Shown here piece by piece: positions 1-13,200 of a DNA stretch of 64,000 nucleotides. The stretch is from Isurus oxyrinchus (taxonomy: Eukaryota). Location of the stretch: contig JANJGN010000290.1 of the NCBI GenBank assembly GCA_026770705.1, forward strand, positions 248,001-312,000, given 5' to 3'. The notes beneath the pieces were generated by a model. The model saw nothing but the letters and a program-made list of their open reading frames with translations, was not told the DNA's origin and did not search any database. Each line of letters starts with the position of its first letter. The stretch's first letter is position 1. The position numbers and the translations under genes are program-made.

Positions 1-479
1 ATGGAAGGAGGGCACATGTCTAATGACACCTCGCAGCTCGTGTGGTCTTGAGGTCCACAACTTACCTGCAGCCTCTCCTGCATTGTAAATGTGGCGAGGC
101 AGACACAATGAATCTTACTGAAGAACTGATTGTGGATAGCATCCTTTGTACACAGCCCAATGCTCCTCACCCTCAAAAAGCTCTAGGTAAGTCATCCCTA
201 AATATACGACATGGCAATCGCTTTCTCTGTTGTTATTTAAGTCTGTGAGACAGGAAACACTTCAGAAAGCATTTCATTCAAGATAACCCTGAGGTAAGGA
301 GAAAAACGGACAGCGACATTGACTGGAATGACTGACTAAATAGTGGGGTGCAGTGAATTGGAGAACGACAATCCTGGCTGAGTGGCTATAGGATAACTCA
401 TCGACTCATAGACTTTTCAACAGAGTTAAAGATAATTTGCTCCTTTCATTTCTGCGGCCATCAGCAAAGGCCTGACTAT

Positions 480-3400
480 GCTCATTTTATTTACCAGCGA
501 TTGGCTCATAGACCTAGAGGCAATGGTAACAATAGTGAATATCTAAATACTTCTTCAATGTTGAGACATGTTGAATCAGCCACCTTTTCAGGCAGAGCAT
601 TCCAGATTCGCACCACCCTCAGCTTGAAAGAAATTCTCCTCAGTTTCCCTCTTAGCCTTCTACATCTTAAACTAAATATATGGCCCCTGTTAATTCACCC
701 ATCTACTAAGGGGAAAAGCGCCTCTCCAGCCACCCTTACAATAACCCGCATAATCTTATACACCTCTATCAAGTCCCCTCTGAACATTCGCTGCTCCCTG
801 AAAAACAACACCAGCCTAATGAATGTTTCATCATTGCCCAAACCCTCCAGTCCAAGTAGCATCCTCATATATCCCCTCTGCACCCTCACCTGTTCTATCA
901 AATTCTGTTTTTAATGTGATGACAAGGACAGCACGTGAAAACCAAACAGAATTTTGTACAGCTCCAGTATAACCTCTCCACTATTGTACTCTGAGCTTCA
1001 GCTACTAAAGGCTTCTTAACAAACTTATGCTCCTGCTGTGCTACCCTCATGGATCTGTGGAGATGCACACCAAGGTTCCACGGATCTTCAGTACTTGCCA
1101 GGATCCTACTGTTCATAGTCCATTGCACTGTGAGCCATTAGCAAGCTCGTTAACACACACTTTTGATGGTTGAATTCCATTCGCCACTACTCTGCCCATC
1201 TGCCAAAACCATTGATAAACTCTTAGGTTTCACCGTAATTCTACTCAGTATTTACCACCCAACAATTTTCGTTCCATCCACAATCATCTTGTTCACTTCT
1301 CCTAAATTTAACTCCAATTCATGTATGAACACCGCAAACAGCAAGGCGACCGGCACTGGGCCTTGTGAAACCGCACTGGAAAACGACTTTCAGTCACAGA
1401 AACAACCCTCTGCCATCAAGCGCTGCTTCTTGCCTCTCAGCCAATTTTGTATTTTGCCATTTTCCTTGGATCCCATGGGTTTTTTCCTACTTGACCCATC
1501 TTCCATGAGGGGCCACATCAAAAGCCTTGCTAAATCCCATTTCGAGCACATCAATTGTATTACGCTCATCATCTCTCCAAGTTGCCTCTTCAAAAAAGAA
1601 CAATGTCAAATAGGACATTCCCTTAACAAATCTATGCTGACTATTCTGGATTAATTCGTTTCTCTCAAGTGCATTTGCACACTACCCCACATAATTCTTC
1701 CTAGTAACTTTCCCATCTCCGAGGCTGTACTGATTAGCCTTTAATTTGCTGGTCTAAACCTTCCTTAGTTTTAAAATAATCGGTTAACTTTGACAGCCCT
1801 CCGGTTCTGTAGATAATGAAGATTTGAAAATTATTTAAAGAGCCCCTTGTTTACCTCCCTTGCCTCCCTCACGAGCAGGAGATACATTTCATCCGGACGA
1901 GCGTATTGCGCCACTTTTACGTCCGCTAACCTGCTAGTACCTTCTCTCTGTCTATGTTAATTTCGTCCAAAATTTCACAGCTCTCTACTTTGATGCAGAT
2001 ACTGCGTCGTTCTTTTCCATTGCGAAAAAAAAATCACAGACTATTAGGTGAAAACTGTAACGACATCTTTTGTGACCACACAGATAACCTCTACGTTCCT
2101 TGATGATCCTATTCTTTCTCTCATTATTTTATTGCTCTTTTTTAAACTAAAACAACTAAATAACCCTTTATTTCTTTTAATTTAACGCTCAATACTAAGT
2201 TACCCCTTGCAATTTTTGATTTCCTCTAGGGGGACTGTCATATTCAGCCATTGGTATCTGGCTTAAGCTTCTCTTTCATTTCTCAATCCTAACCCTGTAC
2301 GTCCCTTGACATGGAGCTTGTCATTACGGAAACCTATTGGCCCTGTTCTCTCGCTATTTCCTGCTTGAATTCCAAGCAACTGCCCTGACACATTTTTATC
2401 TCCTATTAGGTGCTCACCGTCCACTTGGGCCAAATCGAACCCCATCGTATCAAAATTAGCCTTTCCCCACTATAGAACTTTTATTCCAAGGCGAAACCTC
2501 TCCTTTTCAATAACTCCTTTAAATTTGACAAAATTATGGTCATTTTTGCCAACATGTTCCCCCACTGATACGGCTTCTACCTGACCAAGCTCATTTACGA
2601 ATATTTGATCCAAAACTGATCGGTCCCTTCTTGGATTGTCTACATATTTACCAGAAAAGTTCTCCTGGGTGTAATTTAAAAAGAATTCTCTTGCCGCACC
2701 TTGCACGATAATACTATTCCAGTTAATAGACATTTGTGCAGGTAAAATTTCCTACTACCACTGGACTATTATTCTTACACTTCTCTGAAGTTTGATTGAA
2801 TAGTTAATCCTTTACCTCTCCCTTGACTCATTTGGGAGCTTATGGCACACACCCAACAGCGTGTTTGCACCTTTTGTGCTTTTTACTTCTACCCATATGG
2901 CCTCATTTGAGGGCCCTTCCAAAATAACATCCCTCTTTGCTGCTATAATTGATTCCTTGATCGATATTGCGACCCCGCCTCCTCTGCTATGCCCCTCACT
3001 ACCTTGTCCGAATGTCCATTTGCCAGGATTGTTGAGTTTCCAATCCTGTTCTTCTTTTAGCCAATTCTCAGTAATAGCATTGACATCGATGTGCCTATCT
3101 GTGCCCTCGGATCCTCTGGCTTTTTACCTCGAACTGCTTGCATAAAGCATACATTCTGTTTAGCCTTGCAAAACATACTTAATTGGTATCTAGCCAATAT
3201 CCTCTACCTTCGAGAAACACTTACTCACATTTAAAATTCTAGATCCTTCTAAGCTGCTCCCGCATCAGAACTCCGTTTCAGGATTGTTTTACCCTGAGAA
3301 TTTAGTTTACATCTGTCCCAAGGGCATTGGAAATTCTCGCTGCAACAATGTTGTACCCGTTCCTGTTCAGATATACCCCGTCTAATTTGATTAGGCCCCA

Positions 3401-3692
3401 CCCCCCACAGAAGCGTTCTCGATGCCCCCGGAATCCAAATCTGTCCCTCCTGCATCAGCTGTCAAGCCACGTATTACTCTTTCCTTTCCATCTATTCCTA
3501 TTTTCAGTGCTGTGTAGCACCAGGAAGACTCTGGAGATTAATAACTTTGAAGTCCTGCTTTCCAATTTGCTACCTAACTCCATAAAATCTGCTTCCAGGA
3601 AAACATTTCTTCCCGTATCAATAGTCCAAACATGGACCACGACATCTGCCTGTTCAGTTTGCTCTTTGGAATGCCCTGCAGCCATCTGGTGA
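480..3692 (-). mobile_element. Decayed near-full-length CR1 LINE (ORF1 esterase, endonuclease, RT, 3' end)
   Basis: Minus-strand fragments: SGNH-esterase-like ORF1 (ADVVVHVWTIDTGR...KLLIS...NTWL, 3455-3700); endonuclease end (YVDNPRRDRSVLDQIFVNE...GKNDHN, 2470-2733); RT (IQNWLRGKKQR, 1390-1593); C-terminus RGDLIEVYKIMR (695-901). Many stops and frameshifts. Confidence 0.9.
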
Positions 3693-3729
3693 CTCGTGAA
3701 GGCTAAGGAAGGTGCACATACTGGCATCC

Positions 3730-4170
3730 AGCCGAAAAAGTAGAATGTATGAATAGGAGAAGCAGCTTCAGAATTCTGTCAAAAAACAACTTAGAAACAT
3801 TGACATATGGCAGTGTTGGAAGAGGTGTGTGAAGGTTGTGTGAATGAAAACATACAAATGTGGATAAAAAAGGGAGAAAACAGGATAAGACAATGAATGG
3901 AAGAAAGTGAAAACAGCTATAGTATAAAATTAAAAATAAAAACAAAGGGATTTTAAATGGTGTTAAAGTGGAGGAGTGTGCTCATGGTCCAAACTTGTCT
4001 AAGTCATTGTTAATTTTGGAAAACTGCAAAGAGCTGAATTGGAACTTTGCATTGGGCTAGACTGGAACATTGCAGCAGGCCAAGCACGGACATGTAGGCA
4101 TGGGAGTAGGATGATGTGTTGACATGGTAAGCGAAAAGAAGACCTAGGTCATGTTTTCTGACATACCACA
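3730..4170 (-). mobile_element. Penelope-like element fragment (GIY-YIG C-terminus and 3' region)
   Basis: Reverse complement of 4060-4150 reads ...SYSHAYMSVLGLLQCSS..., matching the HFN..SH..MSVLGLL.C motif of fish/shark Penelope GIY-YIG endonucleases. Confidence 0.65.
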
Positions 4171-4234
4171 TGTGTTCCATGAATAGTCAACTATTCCAAT
4201 TTGATCACCAACATGAAGAGGATACCGCAATCTG

Positions 4235-4686
4235 AGGAGCGAAAGTTTTATTCTGCATCTGGCTCCATGCTGCACCTCCCCTGTGATTGTTTGATTGTGA
4301 CAATTTAGACGAAAACGTATCCTGTATGTAATCCCATGCTGTACCTGATGAGGGAGCATTTAATGCAGAAATTGCAGAGGAAAGACAATTCTACATCTTA
4401 ACAAGTATTTTTTTTTGTAGAGGGAGTGCTTTATGTGGACATTATAGGGGGAGTGTTACCCTCTATCTAACACTGTGTTGCACCTATGAAGGTTTGTTTG
4501 TTCAACACAGTGTACATGGCGCTTTAATCAGTATCTAATCCCGTGCCGTATCTGTGTAGCGTGCCTTTGAGTGGACAGTGTAGAGAGATAATTGTACTCC
4601 ATCTAACCCAGTGCTGTAATTCTAATGCAAGTGTTTGTTGGAGACAATGTAGAGATAGGATTACTTTATATTTAACCCTGTGCTGC
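4235..4686 (+). repeat. Degenerate ~69-bp tandem repeat, about 6-7 copies
   Basis: The motif GACAGTGTAGAG...TACTC..TATCTAACCC.GTGCTG recurs at ~68-70 bp spacing (ATCTAA-like cores near 4325, 4395, 4465, 4534, 4601, 4669). Confidence 0.75.
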
Positions 4687-5699
4687 AGCCTAAGTTTCCA
4701 CCACCACCAAAGGCACCACCACCACTACCCTACACATTAAATGGAAATGAACCATCTCTTCACCGTTCCTGGTATCAGGTGTGCAATTCCTCTTTCCAAA
4801 CTGTCGGATCTAAATCTTACTTTACAGTAATCGTTCTCGCTCTGTTGGGCCATCCGGCTGTAGCCAGGCCCAACTGTCACTAATCTCAAAATGTAGTCTG
4901 CCATAGACCAACTGAGTTATATTGACTCAAAAAGCCAAGCTCTCCTGGAAATACATTTTTATCAGCTGTTTCCAGATCTCTAAAATTTTAATTCAGGAAT
5001 CCGCTTCCCTGTCCTCTTATACCTCTATTGGCTGAGACCCACTGTCCTGCATTCAGAATCATGACATTTATTCAATAATTATTCATCTTTATTATGAAAT
5101 ATTTTGTTTCACTTTCACTGTTGTTGGGGCTGCACTCATCTAGGCGAGAAGGCAGATTGTGTACGAAATAGCCCAGGCAAATATGATCATTTTTTAACCA
5201 ACAGTTTAACATTGACATTTACATCTGCATCTTTTGGACATAAGGAGGTGGAGATAAGACTCTCTCCGGGGGATGGGGAGGGGGTGGTGTTTGTGGGGGG
5301 GCGGTTTTGTGGGGGACGGTTGGGGTGGGGCGATACAAAACTGGGCTGAGAAGGAAACAACATTTTGTGTATTTCTGAAGCTTTAGATTTCGTGCCTGAT
5401 TCTCTCGTTGCAGATAACGGTGTTTCCATGTGTGGGATACTGAGGCCACAGCTGATAAAGGGTGAATACGTCTGTGGAATGAACTGATTACATGAAGTGT
5501 TGCAAATAATCTTAAATATGTAAATCAATCAGCTCCCACTTCACATCATTACTGTCAGGCCGAGCAATTCAACTCAGCTATTCCTTTGAATAATTATTAC
5601 AGTGATAACGTTCTCTGGTTGGCGTATCTTTCAAAATTTGTTTATGTATAATTTCTGGCTTGAAGAAGATATATTGATGATGAGTTATTATTTGTTGTT

Positions 5700-7265
5700 A
5701 CACTTTCATGGGATTTGGTGCTTGATGGCTGAACCAACAATTATTTCCATTCATTAGATGATTTTATGAACATGATGGTGAGCTGCCTCCTTCAACTGCG
5801 GCAGTCCAAGTGGTGGAGGTACACCAACAGCGCTGTTAGGAAGGCAGATTTCGGGATTTCAACCTTTGATAGTGACAAAAAGGGGGCCAATTATGAAATC
5901 AGGATGGTACATTGATCGGATGTAAAATCCACGTGATGATGTTCCTCCATATCTGCTGCCATTGTCGCTCGAGATGGTAGAGGTACTTGATTTAAAATGT
6001 GCTGTAGAGGGAGCCGTGATTTGTTTCTGCAGTGAATCTTGTGGATGGTACACACTGTTCCTACTGTGCATAGTTGTTGCAGGGGGTAGATGTAGATGGT
6101 GGTAGAGAGGGACTAAATCTTCTAGAACGTCATTGGAGCTGCTCTCCTCCAGGCGACTGCGGAGTTTCCATCACACACCTGGCTTGAGAATTATTGACAG
6201 GCTTTGGGTTGTAGGGAGCTACGTTAATAGTTGCAGGGTTCCTGGCCTATGAACTGCACTCGTAGCCATAGTTTTTCTTTTATATATACAGCTGACGTAG
6301 ATCAGTCTGTGGCCATTATTATCTGTCAGGCTGTTAATAACGAGGGATTCAGCGATGGCAATGCCTATAAAAGTCAAGGGGCCATGCTTGCACTCTCTCC
6401 TATTGGAGACTGCCTTCGGTGATGTGATGTGTTTCCCCTAACAGTCAGCGTAGTCCTGGGTAATGTCTAGGTCTCTATGTATTTTGTAGTTTAACTGCTT
6501 CGGTTACTAAGGACTTCTGAAAGGTGCTAAACATTGTGCAGCTATCGATGAACATCACCCCTTCGGGTCTTTTGGTGGAAGGAAGTTCCTGATAAAGCAG
6601 CTGAAGGTGGTTGACCCTCCACGAGAACTACTGCAGTGACATCCTGGAACTGAAATGATTGACCTCTAACTACCAGAACATCATTCCTTTGTACCAGGTA
6701 GGAAGTTAACGAGTGGAGAGCTTTCCCCATGATTCCCAATGACATCAGTTTTGCTGGGATCCTTGTTGCGACATTTGGTCTATTGTTGCCTTGATGTCAA
6801 GGGCGTCCTCTTTCACCTCATCTCGGGAGGTTAGGTCATTTGTCCACGTTCCAGTTAAAGAGCGTAATGAAGTGAGGGGCAGAGTGATCCTGGCGGAACC
6901 CAAACTGAGAGTTATGGAGGAGCTTATTGCTGAGTAAATGAAAAGTAAATGTGTTGAAGATGCTTTACATTAGTTTGCTTGGACCGAGTAGCCCCATCAT
7001 AGACCGGCGACTGGACGTGTTGTATTCGTCCTTACATTTGCTTGGAGGATATACCAGGACAATTTTCCACATGGCCAGCTAGATACCAGTAGTGAAGCTG
7101 TACGGGAACAGCTTGGCTAGGCGGGTATCAAGTTTTGGAGAACAGCTCTTCAGCACTATTGCTTTAATTTTTTCAGGGTCCATGGTCTCTACATTGTCCA
7201 ATGTCTTCAGCCATCCCTTGCTATCACGTGGACTGACTCAGTTTGGCTGAAGGCTGACATCGATG
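5700..7265 (-). mobile_element. LINE fragment, second CR1/L2-group family (RT plus 3' region)
   Basis: Collinear similarity to 22445-23935 and 59850-60965; RT-like reading SLGIMGKALHSLTSYLVQR...VVRGQS (6542-6745). Confidence 0.8.
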
Positions 7266-9395
7266 AAGGGTTATGCTCACTAGGGTGAGATCGATCAACC
7301 AGTGGGCCTCCAAGTGTTTTGAATTTGAAGCTTTATAGCTGTTGACGAGTGATTGGAATCATTTTTACTCAAGTTAGAACACCATCATCTTCCCAAAATA
7401 AACCTTCATGGATTGTGAGGAACATCTCGCTGTTTTGTACCGTGTTTGATCATCAAACAAAATTAATTGAATTGTTAATGCGAGTAAATCAAGACCTATA
7501 AAATATTTCCAACCTATTGCATGATAATAAAGAATAGTAAGACTTCTGTGTAAATTGCTGAGTTCAATTAAACGGAATCTGTAAGTAGCAGAGACAATTA
7601 TTTACCATTGAGATGATATAACAATTACAGTCAGTGCCAGGGCAGCATCATCCAATGTTCAATTTATCTTAGCAAAACTGCACACTTCCGCTGCCACATA
7701 ATGCATTTAACTGACCACACAGTAAATGCCCAATTCAATACATTAATGCCCGACCTCTTTTATGTTATTACATGTTCAATCACAGGACTGACTACATCTG
7801 TTAAAAATATTCCTCTTTTAATCGAACACACCCTCCAGCAATGAGAATATGGTGGCCATGTGTGGTAGATGTGGAGGGAGGACAAAAATATTTTTTCCGA
7901 CGTTGGGAGACCTGGTCGGATTCTTCCCATCCGAATACAAGGCAGTTTAAATGTGGCCCCCATTTCCCACGGTTAAAGTCGGGAACACATGTTTCATCTC
8001 ACGAATGCTCATTAACTTAGCATCAGACGAGAGCATAGTGGGCTTCACGCCCTAACCAGTATCATTCTCACCATTCGGATTCCAGGTCTGGCAACCTGTC
8101 ATGCATGGTGTGAGTGAGAACTCTCTCTAACCAAACTGATCGTGCAGACACCGTTCAACCAACTTTATTAGGTGCCTGGGTCTTGGGCCCAGGTGATGGT
8201 ATGATGGCAAGGAATAGGAAAAAGACACAAAGGGAGTTGGGGGAGGCGTGCGGAGGGTTGCATCCTTAAAAAGCACCTGAGGGTCTGAATGGAATTCAGA
8301 AAAGAGGTGGCATCGAATGTGGTTTTTAAAAGAAGTCCTGGATGGTAATCTCTGAAGGGAATTTTGGGGGTTTGCCTGTAAATGGCTGAAGCACGTGGCC
8401 TGCAAATGGTAGTGGGGAACGTGCTCTCTAAAGGTAGGGCGTCAATGGTTTTCTTTTTGGGTTTGGGCTTGTGCTTTGTGGTTTAGAGTCATTGCCTGTT
8501 CTGGACTGGTTAGCGCTGTGTTGAGGTCCTGCAAGCTACCTGAGGGTTTAATTTCTTAGTGCATATGGCTACAGTGACATTGTGTAGAAAGATGACTTAG
8601 GGTGGGATGATAAATATGCATCTCTTTCTCAGTTGCAATGTTGGTAGGGAAGGTGATGGAGGGCGACTGTAGAGGTGGCATCAAAAAGGGGTTGAGCAGG
8701 GCGAGTGTGAGCTTGAGCGAAGTAACGTGTCTGGGATCAGGAGAAGGGAAGGTATGTCCCGTTTTAGTGTTATAGGTTCCAGGGAGATGCGAGAAGGTTC
8801 AAGACTGCGAGAGGGAAGTGTTGGTTTCACATTGCAGAGTGCTGAATGGTGATTGGGAGAAGATGCTGGGTGACAGGCTATAACTTGATGGATCATTCAG
8901 AAACTGGATATCTAATGACAATCAAGCTGACAAAATGGCCAGTGTCTAATCATACATCAAGTAACTGACTGATTATTAGCTGACCAGGTACCCAGCAAAG
9001 TAAGGGTCAGAATACAGTGAGACAGAACTGCAAGACATTCTAGAACTGAAGATTTAGTGACCGGAAACAAAGCAGTGTATATACATATGACAGGGGATCC
9101 AGGTACTGACCAATTCGCCACGACCTGTTAGAAAACGTCCAATATCCCAGAGCAGAGCTAAATTCCCATAAAGTCGATGGTCACTTGGGCCTAGGAAATG
9201 AAGCTGGATACGTGGAAGATGGATCAGTGCAGAACTATTCAGTGATAATTATCATACTGACTGCAAACATAGAGGCAGAGTTCAGAAATTAGGAAAGGTT
9301 AAAATTATCAGATGAGTTGTGATTTTGACTAGAAGAAATGGAAAGCAGCTTCTTCAATATCATAGTAGGAACAGTGGAAGTTTTCAAGGAGCACA

Positions 9396-9750
9396 GTGAC
9401 GTTAAAGACTAAGTATGCTCCTGAAAAGTGATATAATATGGCAGAAGATCTATGCCGGACGACGTAAATCCCCGAGGGAAACTTGATTGTGCTGCAACAG
9501 CCGTTTTGCAATTTGCACTTATTAAGAGACATGTGCACTGATTTCAGAAGCAATAAGTCCTCCAACACCTTTTGAGGTTTCAAAAATTAAATTAAATTAT
9601 ATTTTAAGACAATATAAAGATTTCAGTTACATCCATAAAACTACAAATTGCTTTTTGGCAGAGGAACTACTGAGGTTCCTAATTAAACTAATCCCCAGTC
9701 ACACCCCCTTTAAGGAAACAGTCCAAAATAGATTTCAGAATTAAAACGGG
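9396..9750 (-). mobile_element. Truncated LTR, probable 3' LTR of the Gmr1-like element
   Basis: Shares blocks AAATCC.CGA.GGAA.CTTGAT and TGTGCACTGA.TTCA.AAG.AAT with 15305-15410; related blocks occur at 31365-31465. Truncated by the adjacent CR1. Confidence 0.5.
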
Positions 9751-9784
9751 CCTAGCAAATTAAAAAAAAAAGATAGCGGAATTC

Positions 9785-10213
9785 CAAACGGCTTTGCCCC
9801 AACCCGACCTTCTGCAGCCTTGCCCCCTTCTCAATACGACCTGTGCCTCCAGCTATCTTTGTATCTTCTGTAACCTTAACTAGGATGCCCTCAGTTCCTT
9901 CATCTAGATATTTAATGTATAAAGTGAAACGTTGTTGTCCCAACACTAACCCCTGTGGAACTCCACTAGTCACCAGCCGCCATTTTGAGAAGGACCTCCT
10001 TATCTTAACTCTTTGTCTGCTTCCAGACAGCCAATCTTCTATCCATGCAAGTACTTTGCCTCTAACACCATGGGGTCTTATCTTACTGAGGAACCTCCTG
10101 TGCGGCACCTTGTCAAAGGCCTTCTGGAAGTCCAAGTAGATAACATCCATTGGCTCCCCTTTGTCTAACCTAATCGTTAGCTCCTGAAAAGAATTCTGAC
10201 AGATTTGAGTCAA
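9785..10213 (-). mobile_element. Relatively young CR1 RT fragment
   Basis: ORF 9752-10213: MDVIYLDFQKAFDKVPHRR...WIEDWLSGSRQRV...VTSGVPQGLVLG, classic CR1 RT motifs. Confidence 0.95.
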
Positions 10214-10259
10214 CTGAAGTTATTTCAGCCTATTGACCAGCCTTGAGATCTCCAATTTC

Positions 10260-13200
10260 CCTATCATCTGTAAGCATGAATGCAGCTGCAATTAGACTTT
10301 CTCAAACAGTCGAATGCACTGAATGTGCTTTGCATGATGGCCGTTCTTCTGAAGCTTAATCTGAATAGTATTGCACGTCGGCCTCGAAACCTGTCCAGAT
10401 ATTTTAAAGGATTGTTGTTTGTATAAGCAATTATTTCTTTTGAACTATTTGCAAATAAACTTCAATATTTTGCAACGCTAAGACCAGGCCTTGTGTCTCC
10501 TTTTCGATCATTGAACATATTCTTTGATGTGAATTTCAACTTTCTTGATTTTTATTTTCAGTTCCGTATTCTTGCAACAGCAAAGCGCCATTGCCTGCAT
10601 GAGTTGCGTCAACAACCAACTTAAATTACTTGGCATTTTTGCCTACTGCCAAAACTGGTGTCGTAGTTGATACAGTTTTTAATCTGTCACATGACTTCAG
10701 ACTCTCCAGTGTTCATTGAAACTACATGTTGTCTTTTTCATCGGTCAGCTAATGGAGAAATCGTACACTTACAATGTGGTACAAACGTCCAGTTAAACCC
10801 ATCATTACAGAAATCTTAGAACTTCTCATTTTGTTGTCGGAACGGGGAATCCCGCATTGGCTTTGACATTCACAGCTCTTTGAGCCACCATTGGAGGTCA
10901 AATGAAATGTAACTTTTACTTTTGTAAATCCGCTTCGCCAGCAAATTGGATTCTTGCAATGGGTTAAATAACTCTTCCAGTTGTAACTGCTCTTCCACGC
11001 CTTGCTGAAAACTATCAAGCCATCAGAATCGATAGTCCAATTGCTCAGCCCTGCAAAGACTTTCTCAATGTTTGAAATGTTGCTGGTGCATTTTTCAAAC
11101 CGAATGGCATGAATTAAACTGATGTAATCAACTTGGCAACACAAAAGAAGGCGATATCTCCTCTGCCTTCTCCGATAACTCTACTTGCCCATATGCTTCA
11201 GCCAGTCAGATTTTGTGATGAAGATTGATTGCTCCGATGCCTCAAAGCAATTTCCCAACTATGGTATGGGATATAAATCAACTTTTGTCACTACATTCAA
11301 CTTAAAATAGTCCCCTCACAGTTCTGAGTTCCACCTGGTTGTGGTACCAACACAATATGCAAAATCTAATTACAGCACTGAGAAAAAAATAATGTAATTT
11401 TAAGAATGAATTCTGTTACTTTCTCTTCTTGTGATAACTTTGGTGGGTTTAATCTATCAGGAAGTTTATTTTATTGAAATTTACTCCCCTACACCAAAAT
11501 TATGTGTAGCTAAATTTGGCCTCGTTATCATTTCCTGTAGTAGCTTTGTGCGAGTGCAATACTTTCTCCATATCATTTCAAAGCTTGTTTGGAAGATAAC
11601 TCTGTTGTACTTTTACATTTGAGGTATCCCATATGAATAATTTGGTTCGATGAACTTTCAGAATCCTTCATTTATAACTTTTTCTCTCTAAATCTACCAC
11701 AACAATGCCTCAATTTGCTTCTCTTTGTCATAGTGATATTTTAGCATATTTGCATGACACACACACCGTGTCTTCCCTCAAGCTGGAGTACTAATTCAAT
11801 AATGTATTTCACTCAGTGTCCTGTCAATTCTGTAACGCCCAACAAACTTTCCTTTTAACAATTCACCCAGTACTGGTGACAAAACGTCAATTTTGCTTCA
11901 GTTTAAAATAAAATATAAGCAGTGGCTCTCCTCTCTACCTTTACTTTAATCACATGTTCTGCTGACTTTAAATGTTCCCTAGCTTGCTAGCATGCTGTGG
12001 TCAATATTTCGTTCAAGTTTGATGCATAATCATGGAGAGTATTTTCCGAATTTTGACCAACAAATTTCCATTTAATGAACTTTACTCCTACATTTACCTC
12101 TTGACCATAAACTAATTCGAGCAGAATAAATCTAATAGATGCATGAGGAGCAACACAAGGAGCAATCAGCACGAGTGGAACACCCCTAAACCAAGCCATA
12201 CTTGATGATAAGCCGTCATATTTGTTTTTAAATGCTGGTGAATTTTTTCCAAAGCCACTTATAATTCAGGATGATAGGTTGTTGTCCTTATTTTTTTTTT
12301 ATCCCAAAGAAGGTCGTTACTTCTGACAACAGCTATGACATGAATTTTGACCGCTGATCGGATTGCATTTCTTTAGGTAAAGGATGTTTCTTGGAGAAAA
12401 ATGTCACTTCCTCCAAAATTCGCTTCTGTAATGCTTCCCGAAGGTATCGCCTGTTCAATCCATGTTGACATATCCATTATTGTTAGCAAGAACAGATTTC
12501 CACTTTTCACCTTAGGGAACTGTCCTGCACAATCATCCATAACACTAGAAAAAACATTGCTGCAGTGATGGAATTGGTGTTCAAGATGCCTGCTTGATCA
12601 ATGCTTGTAGGTTGCCTATCACCTGCCATGTGTGACATGATCTATCGAATTTCATTACATCTCTATGCAATCCAGAACAATGGAAATATTTTTTCCCTCT
12701 TCTGTGTATTTCTAATTCCTAAATTCGCCCTATTGGAATTCCCAGAGCTACTCTTAATGCCCAATTTATAAACCCAGCTGGTATACCAACCTGATGCACT
12801 TACATCCATTTTTTACCCGCCAGAACTTGATATGGTCACAATTTCTTTATTAACATATTGCCCTTTAGGTAGTACCATTTTGGAATACATTCTCCCTCTG
12901 TTTCTGAGTGAGCTGTCTGATATAACTACGCCATTCGTGGATCTTTTAGGTGTGGCTCTACCAAATGGCTTAAAGTAAACACTTCAGCTTCATTATCTTC
13001 CATTATTTCTCCCTGAACAATTTTATCAGAGGTCGTGTCAGCTGATTGAGCTTTAGAATGTTTCTCCTGTCTTTAACCTTGCTCTTCTTCCTGTTTCCAC
13101 GTGTGAACTAGTGATCTTGTGAGTGCACAATCTGGAAACAATCCAAAATGCTCTTTCTTCAACATTTCTGTTCAATGCATAATACAGAATGCTCAAATAA

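Noticed and set aside
42-300. Two GT donors (187, 294) suggesting exons at the window start
   Set aside because: The implied intron is only ~55 nt and the peptide is unrecognisable.
501-1654. Plus-strand ORFs of 137 and 163 aa
   Set aside because: Antisense shadows of the CR1 element.
5010-5045. CCAAT plus TATAAG on the minus strand as a histone promoter
   Set aside because: No histone coding remnant follows, and such short motifs occur by chance.
8100-8900. Possible Penelope N-terminal coding region
   Set aside because: Composition is suggestive, but I could not recover a diagnostic motif.
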